Shown piece by piece: positions 26,401-36,915 of a stretch of 64,000 nucleotides of DNA. The stretch is from Antedon mediterranea (lineage: Eukaryota; Animalia; Echinodermata), in NCBI RefSeq assembly GCF_964355755.1, contig NC_092675.1, positions 5,761,812 to 5,825,811 of the forward strand, given 5' to 3'. The position numbers and the translations under genes were made by a program. The first letter of the stretch is position 1. Each line of letters starts with the position of its first letter. A model generated the notes under the pieces. It worked only from the letters and a program-made list of their open reading frames with translations, searched no databases and had not been told where the DNA came from.

Positions 26401-26817
26401 ACATGTTATGCAATTGTCGTCTACTTTCACTTCAATATTACAGAAATCGCATGTATCATCAAACTCTGAAGTGACCTCTGTACCATAAGATAATATGTTT
26501 ATGATATCATCAATTATTCCTTTAAATTCAGTTGTATCTTTCATAAATTCACAATTGACATTACCTGTATCATCATTTCTGTCGTCTTTGACATTCTCAG
26601 TTGAACAGCATTCATCAAGTAGGTCCAAGATGTCATTAACAACTATTTTAAATTCTGCTGTCTTATCCATAACTCCATTATTAACATTACCAGTTGTATT
26701 GACAAAAATCTGCTTTTTACTTGTAACTTCTTTATTCACATTCTTACACAAATAAATTATCATTGTAAAGATAATCAACAAAAAGATACCAACTAATGTT
26801 ATGAATTCCATATCCAT
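17476..26817 (-). CDS. Helentron Rep/helicase/endonuclease polyprotein, 3113 aa
   Basis: PHD finger (CDFC..CDCC..H..C..C..C, ~26300-26450); peptidase C76-like (QGNFNQG..GKQCVANS..FDPH, ~24740-25200); OTU (GDGNCFYRAIS..W..HF, ~23810-24190); Zn-binding CCVC region; HUH Rep (PTFFLSFS, RIEFQMRGSPHVH, YVIGYMSK); PIF1 helicase (GGAGTGKS, IIDEISM, GDFYQLPPV, QFPLKLAYACTVHKVQG); APE endonuclease (HNIQGL, LTETWL, YRPP, GDFN, IDH). Confidence 0.95.
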   Translation of the reverse strand: MDMEFITLVGIFLLIIFTMIIYLCKNVNKEVTSKKQIFVNTTGNVNNGVMDKTAEFKIVVNDILDLLDECCSTENVKDDRNDDTGNVNCEFMKDTTEFKGIIDDIINILSYGTEVTSEFDDTCDFCNIEVKVDDNCITCDCCSQYFHVKCVRDVFEDKLCNSRVIWICSMCGNSNFVNNMLGEIGIPCHFNRYTILEPDESVTADFPELTKNKEKRCNNAKLKCQQTGSEDLLGSDWMRVRSKKRTDNKKKRCKNRGNKKRRKPVINGISLEPGVKYIGKGVKDFYERRNNNKMEWNMNTNTYREYNKENSKTNVLGNSQTIFDDSGRPMCDVLKNTKVTNGIQQQSGGGSKRLRNNKGRFVKTKKIDNKKAQGNVNLKNDCDTMERFGKDIKNMGNNDNSETKTDEDFKIECTVENDNTATEDAKTQNNSKINDRSRIIDSNGTDHKNQTCASCEFEENEVFIIDDGCKKAMTKKIRSHTKPKCDQHTIDVDIEILTKNNFSEELIIDDVPKQKNTRKRQKTQSINELQVYNSNENITVAQGNFNQGNYRFGFASGKQCVANSLVAILYSTKRNGNDFYTKDLDTILTLGNELYRYIQKDSTMHEDLLMISELPKELDILDNTFVISPKESVFGIIDGNLEFMAEYGALSLNQALEQELHQHDAFFMNFNRSTFSIIKRVNGFLIFDPHARDRFGRVSEHGKSILLYSTSWQGVYDYCIRLARSMNCNLHDTEFELTGVNIENKSMMLCSASVLDDNCEQSNFGNVDVDEPSTSYQYKCSTGLPDKNIDSNVKGKKHNKEGHVSSSNGWQSDSDIEIVNVQYERRPDENFKFIPISEAQKKNMCNEVGIHCEHTDMNCGINRASQIGHPLQITNITGDGNCFYRAISYIISGTEDNHFLLRRAITNHLLETGDLFINTFSHEYRSVKEYVLKKRVMDNGTWASNTEISAMANLLNTDIYSFNDQLLTWQLFSAKKPGRIDDVTTDNGIYILYTMNVHFNVVESVNVSQNNVQETTGKVDMNVTSHNKLSNTEANFSVKNSTTKKRKQTRNETCDTFEDIEPKHKQSKTVERPCSESRVKILSRKRKQSYRIRKESAKNRQRIKREREEKNNSEETNEIGNKYQSDPVYREKKKRKVKEAQKMKYCDDDDYKFQKSKDNRKRQYKMYRCDPEYNGKVRNKARHNYNINLHYRTTKKATNLLNYKFNEKYRQNLKETKKNRYNNDTIFRHKTRQNNNQRNKEKYHNDLTFQQNLKQKLAEKYCNNSKFRENVTQKLAEKYRSNLKFRQNCKQKLAEKYRNNLKFRQNCKQKLAEKYRSNFKFRQNCKQKLVEKYRSNLKFRQNCKDKLAEKYRSNLKFRQNCKQKLAEKYRGNLKFRQRCKQKCKQRFTEKYHGDEGFRNKIMNKNMKNREKIKTENTNFEIVLENFRRTVSRGPEYVCCVCFKLLFKDQVMKCIKAKYKNKACINEKYLHLCNNECNKPCQFVESPRCRLWICFTCHRKMLNGKVPAEANSNNLQLHDIPPELRCLNNLEQHLIGLNIPFMKLMNLPKGGQHGVHGPVVCVPSNTIETVKMLPRPQVDDQLISVKLKRKLSYKGYYKYKFVNTANVIQALKYLQDHNKCYFDIAINEEWHNYLSEDNIERETTNENENNEEEEKEEEIEDRLCGATFDTSLQPVDRRQNLVDEYFNDIICCAPCENNSPIALLSNKSNEAKSFPVLFPTGQPTFHDTRDVKITLGRYFHNRLMHIDNRFAQNTEFIFYAQSLYELQQILSSISIALRKGSSKKDDFSKVTVSDLKNVTKIQEILKSDRGYKFLKQIRGTPPYWQATQKDIIAMVRQIGKPTFFLSFSSADFRWKEIMTTLLSQSGDQRNIEELEWADKCNLLKSNPVTVARMFDKRFHTFLKNVILSEAQPIGKVVDYFYRIEFQMRGSPHVHMLVWVENAPIFGTDKDNEVINFVDKYISCAVPCETVDRELNEIVKSVQIHSKRHSKSCKKKGTNCRFNFPRQPSGNTFVMRPTIVDKDNDDNDDNKQAMELLTSVKDAVTNEETYKNAIELFQSLGITQSAFEKANNCVATEEKIVIKRNPQDVWVNQYNPSLLRAWNANMDIQYITNVYACIIYVIGYMSKSEREMGLLLNHAASEVKEGNEDARQSLRKLGNVYMNNREVSAQESIYRVCSLRLKECSRKVEFIPVGPNPVRMSLPLSVIKNKEDDDVSAWLPNKIDKYKARPNSSEFNKMCLAKFCSEYRILSSSEMKGNKQKNNVFQLKKQLGFIQKRTRTSNAIVRYPRFPMDTAPEKYFLSILQLFLPFRKDEQLKPPNFETYEQFHEEGCVKLCDCQLQTVKSIVHGNMEQYEKSADDVEEAQECLSKFGPQEDAWSLLCPESEKERLDNPKPNVEVDDEEDEFFIPDFGIQKNHTSKVESNSSNIPRPELNKMIRSLNEKQQHIFYKTRQWCLDKANGKKPEAFYTFITGGAGTGKSHLVNCIYNEATRILGKIMENPDDLSILKLAPTGIAAYNIKGQTIHSALSIPINISLPYQPLGEEKISALRNQLCQLQIVIIDEISMVNQRLLWYIHGRLRQIKQVRNDSPFGNISVIAVGDFYQLPPVMGSSLYKDTLESSLWLDNFKQVQLDQIMRQKEDKEFALLLNKLRTKEKHDCLSDNDLFVLKSRETGEECEDAVHIYPRNKQVDEWNKKMLHKTCTDIVCIEAEDSVVNAKKQSKICDKPRNSRQTSLLNYLWIALNARVMLIKNVDVKKGLTNGCMGHVYEIVKPNNNAKPVTIKVKFDNNSIGVQAIEMFKESMGNKYSRKQFPLKLAYACTVHKVQGLTMNEAVVCLNSTFAPGQAYVALSRVTSISGLTIEHLNPNLIYCDPNIKKCLNNMDSYVQCEKQGHDSDSKFSIMLHNIQGLKQHFADLQCNDLFMNSSIICLTETWLNKDDDVFEVNIEPYKLYHQTRYDSYSNRNDLSSKMKNQAHGGVAVYTKNKFSSRLNIPNYDIEAVSFLITSPISVSVSVIYRPPSYDINQFCQNLRNYLEELQKVSTKCIVMGDFNENLFKQSSRVNNLMSENEYRQHVTCSTTENNTLIDHVYSKGLDSVQAEVIPIYYSYHEAIQIKF
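22690..23060 (-). repeat. Coding 54-bp minisatellite (18-aa QKLAEKYRSNLKFRQNCK, about 7 copies)
   Basis: Directly visible in DNA and translation. Confidence 0.9.
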
Positions 26818-27375
26818 TATTCAAAATTTGTATAAGAAACAAACCTACAAATTTCTTCAAATTAATAAACTTTGTATTCTGCAATTCCAATGAATATTAC
26901 AATTAAGTTCTTTTTATCAATTCAAGAAATCCTTGCTAAAACAAAATAAATTATTAAAATTCCAAAAACAATTCAATTATATATTGTCTTTTGTTTCTAT
27001 GATTTTTAATTTTTGTCCTAATTTTTTTTCTTTTAATATATTTTTTTTTTGTCTGCTTTTTTTTCAATAGTTCAATTATACAATTTCACTGAATAAAAAA
27101 ATTAGCTTCTGCTTAATATTGGCTTAATGAAATACTATTTAATATTATTATAAATATTATTTTAAACTTCTCTTTAATACTTGGTTGTGCTAAATAGTTT
27201 CAGATTCTAATTTTTATTCTTTTTACAATTCTACTTAATAACAGATTCAAATAAAAGTGATCTTTAAATCTTCTTTAATTAATTCTTTTGTAATAAACTC
27301 TGTTTAATATTTATTTCTTTATAATAAGCTTCTGTTTTATTCTTCAAACTTTTGTTTGTATAATCAAACTTTAAC

Positions 27376-27740
27376 TTTACACTTTTGCTTTTGCAAAAAT
27401 GGTTTTGTAATAAACTTTTGTTTATTAGTTGTTTCCTTGTGATTAACTTCTGTTATCTTCAAGGTTTTACACTTTTGCTTTTGCAAAAATGGTTTTGTAA
27501 TAAACTTTTGTTTATTGGTTGTTTCCTTGTGATTAACTTCTGTTATCTTCAAGGTTTGACACTTTTGCTTTTGCAAAAATGGTTTTGTAATAAACTTTTG
27601 TTTATTAGTTGTTTCCTTGTGATTAACTTTTGTTATCTTCAAGGTTTTACACTTTTGCTTTTGCAAAAATGGTTTGTAATAAACTTTTGTTTATTAGTTT
27701 TTTCCTTGTGATAAACTTCTGTTTACTTCAAGGTTTTACT
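27376..27740. repeat. 90-bp tandem repeat, about 4 copies, upstream of the ORF
   Basis: ACACTTTTGCTTTTGCAAAAATGGTTTTGTAATAAAC... period 90; the minus strand reads as a 30-aa repeat. Confidence 0.9.
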
Positions 27741-27898
27741 GAATGTTTCAAAGATACTTTTAAAAAATGTTTAAAAAGAAATTGTGCATAAATATTAAAA
27801 TTCGGTAACCCCTCGTAGAAACTCTCTTTGGAGAGTGGATCTTTTTCTAAAGACCCGGATCTCTTCTGAGATCCAGTGGGTTTATATAAGACAGTCAC

Positions 27899-27930
27899 CT
27901 ACAATAAAAGAAAAAAAAAAGAGTTAGTTA
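27899..27930 (-). promoter_or_regulatory. Candidate 3' splice acceptor for the exon leading to the transposase ORF
   Basis: Minus strand AACTAAC (branch-like) TCTTTTTTTTTCTTTTATTGTAG|GTGACTG. Confidence 0.55.
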
Positions 27931-28479
27931 TTAATTTTAAGATACACTGTACAGTACTAAGAATTACAGTCAAACAATTATAAATTGAATCAGTAGATAA
28001 ATCAGTGTTTTTACAAATACCTAAATAATAATATACACATCCCCCCTGTGGAATGTAACATGATCTATTGGGCCTAGCAAAACAAATTAGGACCAACTCA
28101 TTACTAAATTCAGGATAGACCCATTTTATAAAATTGCAAATTTATGTCTGGAGAAACTGACCACCACATTTATGTTAAAAAGGATGATTGTCCCAAATTT
28201 TGAAGTAAATTGTGATAATATATTTGTGACTTTGGTTTATACAATATAAATAAATCACTATAGAAGATATTTTGACCTAAAAATATGTCAAAACTTCATT
28301 ACATGGAATGTGTCGGAAACAAATTCTTTCATAACAATTTCACCTTCAAAATTAATCTGAAAATAGGTTTAATTATTCAATGTTCTAATAAAATAGAATT
28401 TTATACACAAACATATTTGGTCACTCAGTATAGTCAATTTACAAACAACACATGTTTATCAATTATTGGAGGGCATAAA

Positions 28480-31400
28480 GTAAGGAAAATATGTTTTTTC
28501 CGTTTTACAGATAATTTTCTAATACTCACAGCTGTAACTGGCACTGTATATTTTCTGTACAACTACAATCTAAAAAATAAAAGGAAAATCATTAATAATG
28601 GCAATAAACAACATTAACACTTTTTCAAAATCAACATGCTTCTTAATCAATGTCTGAAAAATTAAGAAATTTTCTCAAAATGAATTTGGGTATTAGACAG
28701 CTGGTTAGGGCCTACATGTTGTCTCAATGCTAATTTCATTTAATATTTTATTCACAAACCATAAAATCTGAATTATGTAAATGTTTCATAATAGAACATG
28801 CCTACAAAATAACAGGCAACGGTTCACAAAGTAAAGAAAATATGTTTTATCCGTTTAACAGATAATCTACTAATACTCACAGCTGTAGCTGACACTGTAT
28901 ATGTTCTACAATCTAAAAAAAAAAACAAGGAAAAACATTAATAATTGGCAATAAACAACATTAACACTTTTTCCAAATCAACATGCTTTTTAATCAATGT
29001 CTGAAAAATTAAGAAATTCCTCAAAATGACTTTGGGTATGAGACAGCTGGTTAGGCCTACATGTTGTCTTAATGCTAATTTCATTTAATATTTTATTCAC
29101 AAACCATAAAATCTGAATGATGTAAATGTTACATAATAGAAAATGCCTACAAAATAACAGGCAACGGTTCACAAAGTAAAGAAAATATGTTTTCTCCGTT
29201 TAACAGATAATCTACTAATACTCACAGCTGTAGCTGACACTGTATATTTTCTACAATCTAAAAAAACAAAACAAGGAAAAACATCAATAATTGGCAATAA
29301 ACAACATTAACACTTTTTCCAAATCAACATGCTTCTTAATCGAGGTCTGAAAAATTAAGAAATTTCCTTAAAATGACTTTAGGTATGGGACGGCTGGTTA
29401 GGGCCTACATGTTGTCTCAATGCTAGTTTAATTTAATATTTTATTCACAAACCATAAAATCTGAATTATGTAAATGTTTCATAATAGAAAATGCCTACAA
29501 AATAACAGGCAACTGTTCACAAAGTAAGGAAAATATGTTTTCTCCGTTTAACAGATAACCTACTAATACTCACAGCTGTAGCTAACACTGTATATTTTCT
29601 ACAATCTAAAAACAACAAGGAAAAACATTGATAATGGCAAAAAAACAACATTAACCCTTTTGTTAAATCAACATGCTTCTTAATCAATGTCTGAAAAATT
29701 AAGAAATTTCCTCAAAATAACTTTGGGTATGGGCCAGATAATTGGGGTCTACATGTTGTCTCAAAACTACTTTCATTTAATATCTTATTCACAAACCATA
29801 AAATCTGAATTATGTAAATGTTTCATAATATAAAATGCCTACAAAATAACAGGCAACAGTTCACAAAGTAAGGAAAATATGTTTTCTCCGTTTAACAGAT
29901 AATCTACTAATACTCACAGCTGTAGCTGAAACTGTTAATTTTCTACAATCTAAAAAAAACAAGGAAAAACATTAATAATGGCAATAAACAACATTAACAC
30001 TTTTTCCAAATCAACATGCTTCTTAATCAATGTCTGAAAAATTAGGAAATTTCCTCAAAATGACTTTGGGTATGGGCCGGCTGATTGCGGCCTACATGTT
30101 GTCTCAATGGTAATTTCATTTAATTGTTTGATCACAAACAATAAAATCTGAATTACGTAAATGTTTCATAATAGAAAATGTCTACAAAATAACAGGCAAC
30201 AGTTCACAAAGTAAGGAAAATATGTTTTCTCCGTTTAACAGATAATCTACTGATACTCACAGCTATAGCTGAAACTGTATATTTTCTACAATCTAAAAAA
30301 AAACAAGGAAAAACATTGATAATGGCAATAAACAACATTATCACTTTTTCCAAATCAACAAGCTTCTTAATCAATGTCTGAAAAATTAAGAAATTTCCTC
30401 AAAATGACTTTGGGTATGGGTCGGCTAATTGGGGCCTACATGTTGTCTCAATGCTAATTTCATTTAATATTTTATTCACAAACCATAAAATCTGAATGAT
30501 GTAAATGTTTCATAATAGAAAATGCCTACAAAATAACAGGCAACAGTTCACAAAGTAAGGAAAATATTTTTTCTCTGTTTAGCAGATAATCTACTAATAC
30601 TCACAGCTGTAGCTGACACTGTATATTTTCTACAATCTAAAAAAAAAACAAGGAAAAACATTAATAATTGGCAATAAACAACATTAACACTTTTTCCAAA
30701 TCAACATGCTTCTTAATCGAGGTCTGAAAAATTTAGAAATTCCTCAAAATGACTTTGGGTATGAGACAGCTGGTTAGGGCCTACATGTTTTCTCAATGCT
30801 AATTTCATTTAATATTTTATTCACAAACCATAAAATCTGAATGCTGTAAATGTTTCATAATAGAAAATGCCTACAAAATAACAGGCAACTGTTCACAAAG
30901 TAAGGAAAATATGTTTTCTCCGTTTAACAGATAATCTACTAATACTCACAGCTATAGCTAACACTGTATATTTTCTATAATCTAAAAACAACAAGAAAAA
31001 ACATTGATAATGGCAATAAACAACATTAACCCTTTTGCTAAATCAACATGCTTCTAATCAATGTCTGAAAAATTAAGAAATTTTCTCAAAATAACTTTGG
31101 GTATGGGCCGGCTGATTGGGGTCTACATGTTGTCTCAATACTAATTAAATTTAATATCTTATTCACAAACCATAAAATCTGAATTATGTAAATGTTTCAT
31201 AATATAAAATGCCTACAAAATAACAGGCAACAGTTCACAAAGTAAGGAAAATATGTTTTCTCCGTTTAACAGATAATCTACTAATACTCACAGCTGTAGC
31301 TGAAACTGTTAATTTTCTACAATCTAAAAAAAACAAGAAAAACATTGATAATGGCAATAAACAACATTAACACTTTTTCCAAATCAACATGCTTCTTAAT

Positions 31401-32446
31401 CGAGGTCTGAAAAATTAAGAAATTCCTCAAAATGACTTTGGGTATGAGACAGCTGGTTACGGCCTACATGTTGTCTCAATGCTAATTTCATTTATTATTT
31501 TATTCACAAACCATAAAATCTGAATGCTGTAAATGTTTCATAATAGAAAATGCCTACAAAATAACAGGCAACTGTTCACAAAGTAAGAAAAATATGTTTT
31601 CTCAATTTAACAGATAATCTACTAATACTCACAGCTGTAGCTAACACTGTATATTTTCTACAATCTAAAAACAACAAGGAAAACATTGATAATGGCAATA
31701 AACAACATTAACCCTTTTTCCAAATCAACATGCTTCTTAATTAATGTCTGAAAAATTAGGAAATTTCCTCAAAATGACTTTGGGTATGGGCCGGCTGATT
31801 AGGGCAAGCAACAGTTCACAAAGTAAGGAAAATATGTTTTCTCCATTTAACAGATAATCTACTAATACTCACAGCTGTAGCTGAAACTGTTAATTTTCTA
31901 CAATCTAAAAAAAACAAGGAAAAACATTGATAATGGCGATAAACAACATTAACACTTTTTCCAAATCAACAAGCTTCTTAATCAATGTCTGAAAAATTAA
32001 GAAATTTCCTCAAAATAACTTTGGGTATGGGCCGGCTGATTGGGGTCTACATGTTGTCTCAATACTACGTTCATTTAATATCTTATTCACAAACCATAAA
32101 ATCTGAATTATTTAAATGTTTCATAATATAAAATGCCTACAAAATAACAGGCAACAGTTCACAAAGCAAGGAAAATATGTTTTCTCCGTTTAACAAATAA
32201 TCTACTGATACTCACAGCTGTAGCTGAAACTGTATATTTTCTACAATCTAAAAAAAACAAGGAAAAACATTGATAATGGTAATAAACAACATTAACACTT
32301 TTTCCAAATCACCAAGCTTCTTAATCAATGTCTGAAAAATTAAGAAATTTCCTCAAAATAACTTATTTTATTCACAAACAATAAAATCTGAATTATGTAA
32401 ATGTTTCATAATAGAAAATGCCTACAAAATAACAGGCAACAGTTCA
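28480..32446. repeat. ~345-bp satellite-like tandem array, 12 units, inside Helentron copy 1
   Basis: ACTCACAGCT recurs at ~28524, 28875, 29220, 29568, 29912, 30255, 30599, 30944, 31286, 31627, 31867 (short unit) and 32210. Confidence 0.95.
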
Positions 32447-33100
32447 CTCCCAATCATGAAACCATTAATCATCTCTACAAACTATTTATTTAATATACAC
32501 TACTTACTATATTCTAGAGATACTAAAGTAGAAACAATTGTGTATCTCTTCCAACAGCTACAAGACAAAAATATATTATTATTATAAATATCAATACAAA
32601 TTGTGATCAAAACATCCACAATATTTGTAACAATGACAGGTGCGAAAGGGAACTGCGCTGACCTACGTCACTACTACTAGGACTACTGGAGTAAGCCTAG
32701 ACAACATGCTATTGTAAGAAGAACGAGTCATTGTTTCTTCTCTTTAAGAATTTATACAACTAAAAATTAAGCTAGAGTTAATATAATATAAGCCAGGTGC
32801 AAAAGGGAACTAGCGCCGTTTAGTCCTACTAAAAACAGCAAGTATTCTTGTACAGGCTAGGCCTAGGTACACTATGAATGTAGCAGACATATTTGTTCGT
32901 ATTTACCGGGACCGTATTTAACATACACATGGCCATACACGATTGTCGTGCTGCTACGAAAGCCATCGGGCTGAAAAACGTCACGACGTTTGCCGGCCGT
33001 CTCTGAAAGTCTGACATCCTTCCGTATATCTATAGTAGGCTAGGGTATCGTTAGTAAGTAGCAATTACAAAACAACTACAAATCAAACAATCCACATAAT

Positions 33101-33110
33101 TTCTTACCTA
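33101..33110 (-). promoter_or_regulatory. Candidate first-exon splice donor of the transposase transcript
   Basis: Minus strand TAG|GTAAGA at 33108/33107, about 300 bp inside the inferred element end. Confidence 0.4.
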
Positions 33111-33403
33111 TTTCTTATAGTATATCAATTCTCAACAAACTTGAGTTTGTTATTTATTTATTTAATCGTTGAAGTTCGACGATATAAAATGGTATTTGTA
33201 ACAATATTATCAGAGAGCGACTCTTAAAAACCAACATGGAGTTTACCAACGACATACCACAACACAACACGTTGTCGAATTTTCTCGAAATTCGGTTCAC
33301 CTACAGTATGGCATGCAATCCTCGCCAAAATTACCAATATTTAACGAATAACGAAAATTAGTTTTCACGTCAGACCTATTATATGTATTCTACGTGTATA
33401 TTA

Positions 33404-36400
33404 TTGGTTATCCGCACTTGGCGGATAACCTCTTGTTATTGTCAGGATCTTTTTTTTTTTTTTTTTTCGATATTCTTCTTTCTTTCCACGAATTTTGTTC
33501 GCAGCGTATCTCTAATTCTAGCCAACATAAGATTCTATAACTTTGTCATAAGATTGACCTGTAGCTCTAGATGTGCAAGAAACTTTTTTTTTCGAATTTC
33601 GAGTCGCGCAGCGTAAGTTACGCGCGATTTTATGAATTTCATTGATTGATCATAGAATAAAAACTAAAAATTGTTTTATATTGAAACTTTGTGAAAATTT
33701 AAGTGATATCATGCGCAAACTTTCTATGGATTAAAAATGGCAGGTTTCACAAAAAGTTACGTGCGCACGCGCGTTTGAAATTTCAAAATGCGAAAAATAA
33801 ATTTCTAATCAACTTTCTACGCGTTTCATGTCATTTTGAGCATTTCAAAAATTCCCACGCGTGCGCAATTTTTTTACGCGCGCGTGCACACGTAGCGCAA
33901 AAACATCCTTTTTTTGCTTGATTTTTGTTTTTTCAGCCTTTTCTAGTAAATTTATCAATTTTAAATCAATTTCGACTTAAAATCACGTCATACGAGCACG
34001 TAGAATTAAACAATTTGCGCCCATTTTTGATGAAAAATTTCAAAAATTCGTGAAAATTATGCCTTTCTTTAAAAAAGCATAGATTCTAAACTCCGTGGTG
34101 AACATTTTTAAAATTTCAGATTCTGGAAGTAAATGAGTTGCAGATATCAAATCATGCATTGACATGGCTAACCGGACATTTTGACGTCATCGTATGGCCA
34201 CTCGAATATAAAATATAGGATTTTTGTCACTTTCTCATAGCTCATCACATTTAATAGAGCGCATCTGCACTTATCCGTATTCCATTTCCCCCCATTTTGT
34301 TATATTGTCTAGGCCAATCAATTATCTTTCGCACAATCTACCATTTTTTAAATTGTGATGACGTCATCATGTCCAAAAGCGTCAATAACTTGGGTCCCTT
34401 ATTTTCACCTATTCTGCACTGTATGTAGTACGTATACAGAATACAGTGTATACCGTATATACTTTGACGTGACGCAAAATAGAGAGCGCACTAACATTTT
34501 TTCAATGGCATAATCGTTTTTCTGCGCGCAATATTCCAACGTATGACGTGCACGTGGCGTTTGCGCTGCGGATAACCTAACTCGTCCGTAGTGACGAGTT
34601 CAAATCTAGTATTTATTTCTTTCTTTCCACACTTCTCTCCCATTTTTTGTGGGCAGCGTATCTCTAATTCTAGCCAACATAAGATTGTATAACTTTGTCA
34701 TAAGATTGCCCTGTAGCTGTAGATGTGCAAGAAACTTTTTTTTTCAAATTTCGAGTCGCGCAGCGTAAGTTACGCGCGATTTTACGAATTTCAATGATTG
34801 ATCATAGATTAAAAACTAAAATTCATTTTGTATTGAAACTTGGTGAACATTTAAGTCATATAATGCGCAAACTTTCTATGGACTAAAAATGGCATGTTTT
34901 GGAAAAAGTTACGCGCGCACGCGCGTTTAAAACTTCAAAATGCGAAAAATCAATATCTGATCAACTTTCTACGCGTTTCATGTCATTTTGAGCATTTGAA
35001 AAATTCCCACGCTTGCGCAATTTTTTTACGCGCACGTGCGCACGTAGCGCAAAAACATCATTTTTTTGCTTGATTTTTGTTTTTCCTGTCTTTTTTAGAA
35101 AATTTACCAACTTTCAAACAATTTCGACTTAAAATCACGTCATACGAGCACGTAGAATTAAACAATTTACGCACATTTTTGATGAAAAAGTTCAAAAATT
35201 AGTCAAAATTATGCCTTTTTTTAAACAGTCATAAATTCTAAACTACGTGGTGAACTTTTTTGTAATTATATATTCTGGTAGTAGATGAGTTGCAGATATC
35301 AAATCATGCATCAATATGGCTAACCGGACATTGTGACGTCATCATATGGCCACTCGAATATAAAATATAGGATTTTTGTCTCTTTCCTCGTAGCTCGTCA
35401 CATTTAATATAGCGCATCTCCACTTATTTGTATTCCATTTCCCCCCATTTTTTTATGTTGTCTAGGTCTATCAATTATCTTTCGCACGATTCACCATTTT
35501 AAAAATTGTGATAACGTCATCATGTTCAAAAGCGTCAATAACTTTGGTCACTTATTTTCACCTATTCTGCACTGTATGTAGTACGTATACAGTATATAGT
35601 GTATACCGTATATACTCAGACGTGACGAAAAATAAAGAGCACGCTGAAATTGTTTCAATTACTTAATCGTTTTTCTGCGCGCAATATTTTAACGTACGAC
35701 GTGCACGTGGCCTTTGCGCTGCGGATAACCTAACTCGTCCGTAGTGACGAGTTCAAATCTAGTATTTATTTGTTTCCTTCCACCCTTCTCCCCCATTTTT
35801 TGTGCGCAGCGTATCTCTAATTCTGGCCAACATATGATTGTATAACTTTGTCAAAAGATTGCCCTGTAGCTGTAGATGTGCAAGAAACTCTTTTTTTCAA
35901 ATTTCGAGTCGCGCAGCGTAAGTTACGCGCGATTTTATGAATTTCAATGATTGATCATAGAATAAAAACTAAAAGTCGTTTTGTATTGAAACTTGGTGAA
36001 CATTTAAGTCATATAATGCGCAAACTTTCTATGGATTAAAAATGGCATGTTTCATAAAAAGTTACGCGCGCACGCGTATTTAAAATTTCAAAATGCGAAA
36101 AATCAATATCTAATCAACTTTCTACGCGTTTCATGTCATTTTGAGCATTTCAAAAATTCCCACGCGTGCGCAATTGTTTTACGCGCACGTGCGCACGTAG
36201 CGCAAAAACATCATTTTTTCTATTGATTTTTGTTTTTCTTTTCTTTTTTAGAAAATTTACCAGCTTTCAAACAATTTCGACTTAAAATCACGTCATACGA
36301 GCACGTAGAATTAAACAATTTACGCGCATTTTTAATGAAAAAGTTCAAAAATTTGTCAAAATTATGTCTTTTTTTAAACAGTCATAGATTCTAAACTACG

Positions 36401-36915
36401 TGGTGAACTTTTTTATAATTACATATTATGGTAGTAGATGAGTTGCAGATATCAAATAATGCATCAATATGGCTAACCGGACATTCTGACGTCATCGTAT
36501 GGCCACTCGAATATAAAATATAGGATTTTTGTCTCTTTCCTCGTAGCTCGTCACATTTAATATAGCGCATCTCCACTTATTTGTATTCCATTTCCCCCCA
36601 TTTTTTTATGTTGTCTAGGTCTATCAATTACCTTTCGCACGATTTACCATTTTCAAAATTGTAATGACGTCATCATGTTCAAAAGCGTCAATAACTTTGG
36701 TCACTTATTTTCACCTATTCTGCACTGTATGTAGTACGTATACAGTATATAGCGTATACCGTATATACTCAGACGTGACGAAAAATAGAGAGCACACTGA
36801 AATTGTTTCAATGACTTAATCGTTTTTCTGCGCGCAATATTTTAATGTATGACGTGCACGTGGCCTTTGCGCTGCGGATAACCTAACTCGTCCGTAGTGA
36901 CGAGTTCAAATCTAG
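33404..36915 (+). mobile_element. HINE (33404-34609) followed by two headless HINE bodies (34610-35762, 35763-36915)
   Basis: One GGTTATCCGC head and three tails GCGGATAACCTAACTCGTCCGTAGTGACGAGTTCAAATCTAG. Confidence 0.9.

Noticed and set aside
17899-26755. Plus-strand ORFs overlapping the transposase (and equivalents at 56261-63987)
   Set aside because: Antisense shadows of the long ORF; shared between copies only because the DNA is similar.
32637-32818. Short direct repeat CAGGTGC(G/A)AAAGGGAACT at ~32637 and ~32794
   Set aside because: Two short copies only; no supportable function.
33276-33295. Hairpin CGAATTT-TCTCG-AAATTCG as an independent terminus of the ORF-bearing element
   Set aside because: No matching subTIR or CTAG found. 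The orphan tail at 36916 explains the end better, though this is not excluded.
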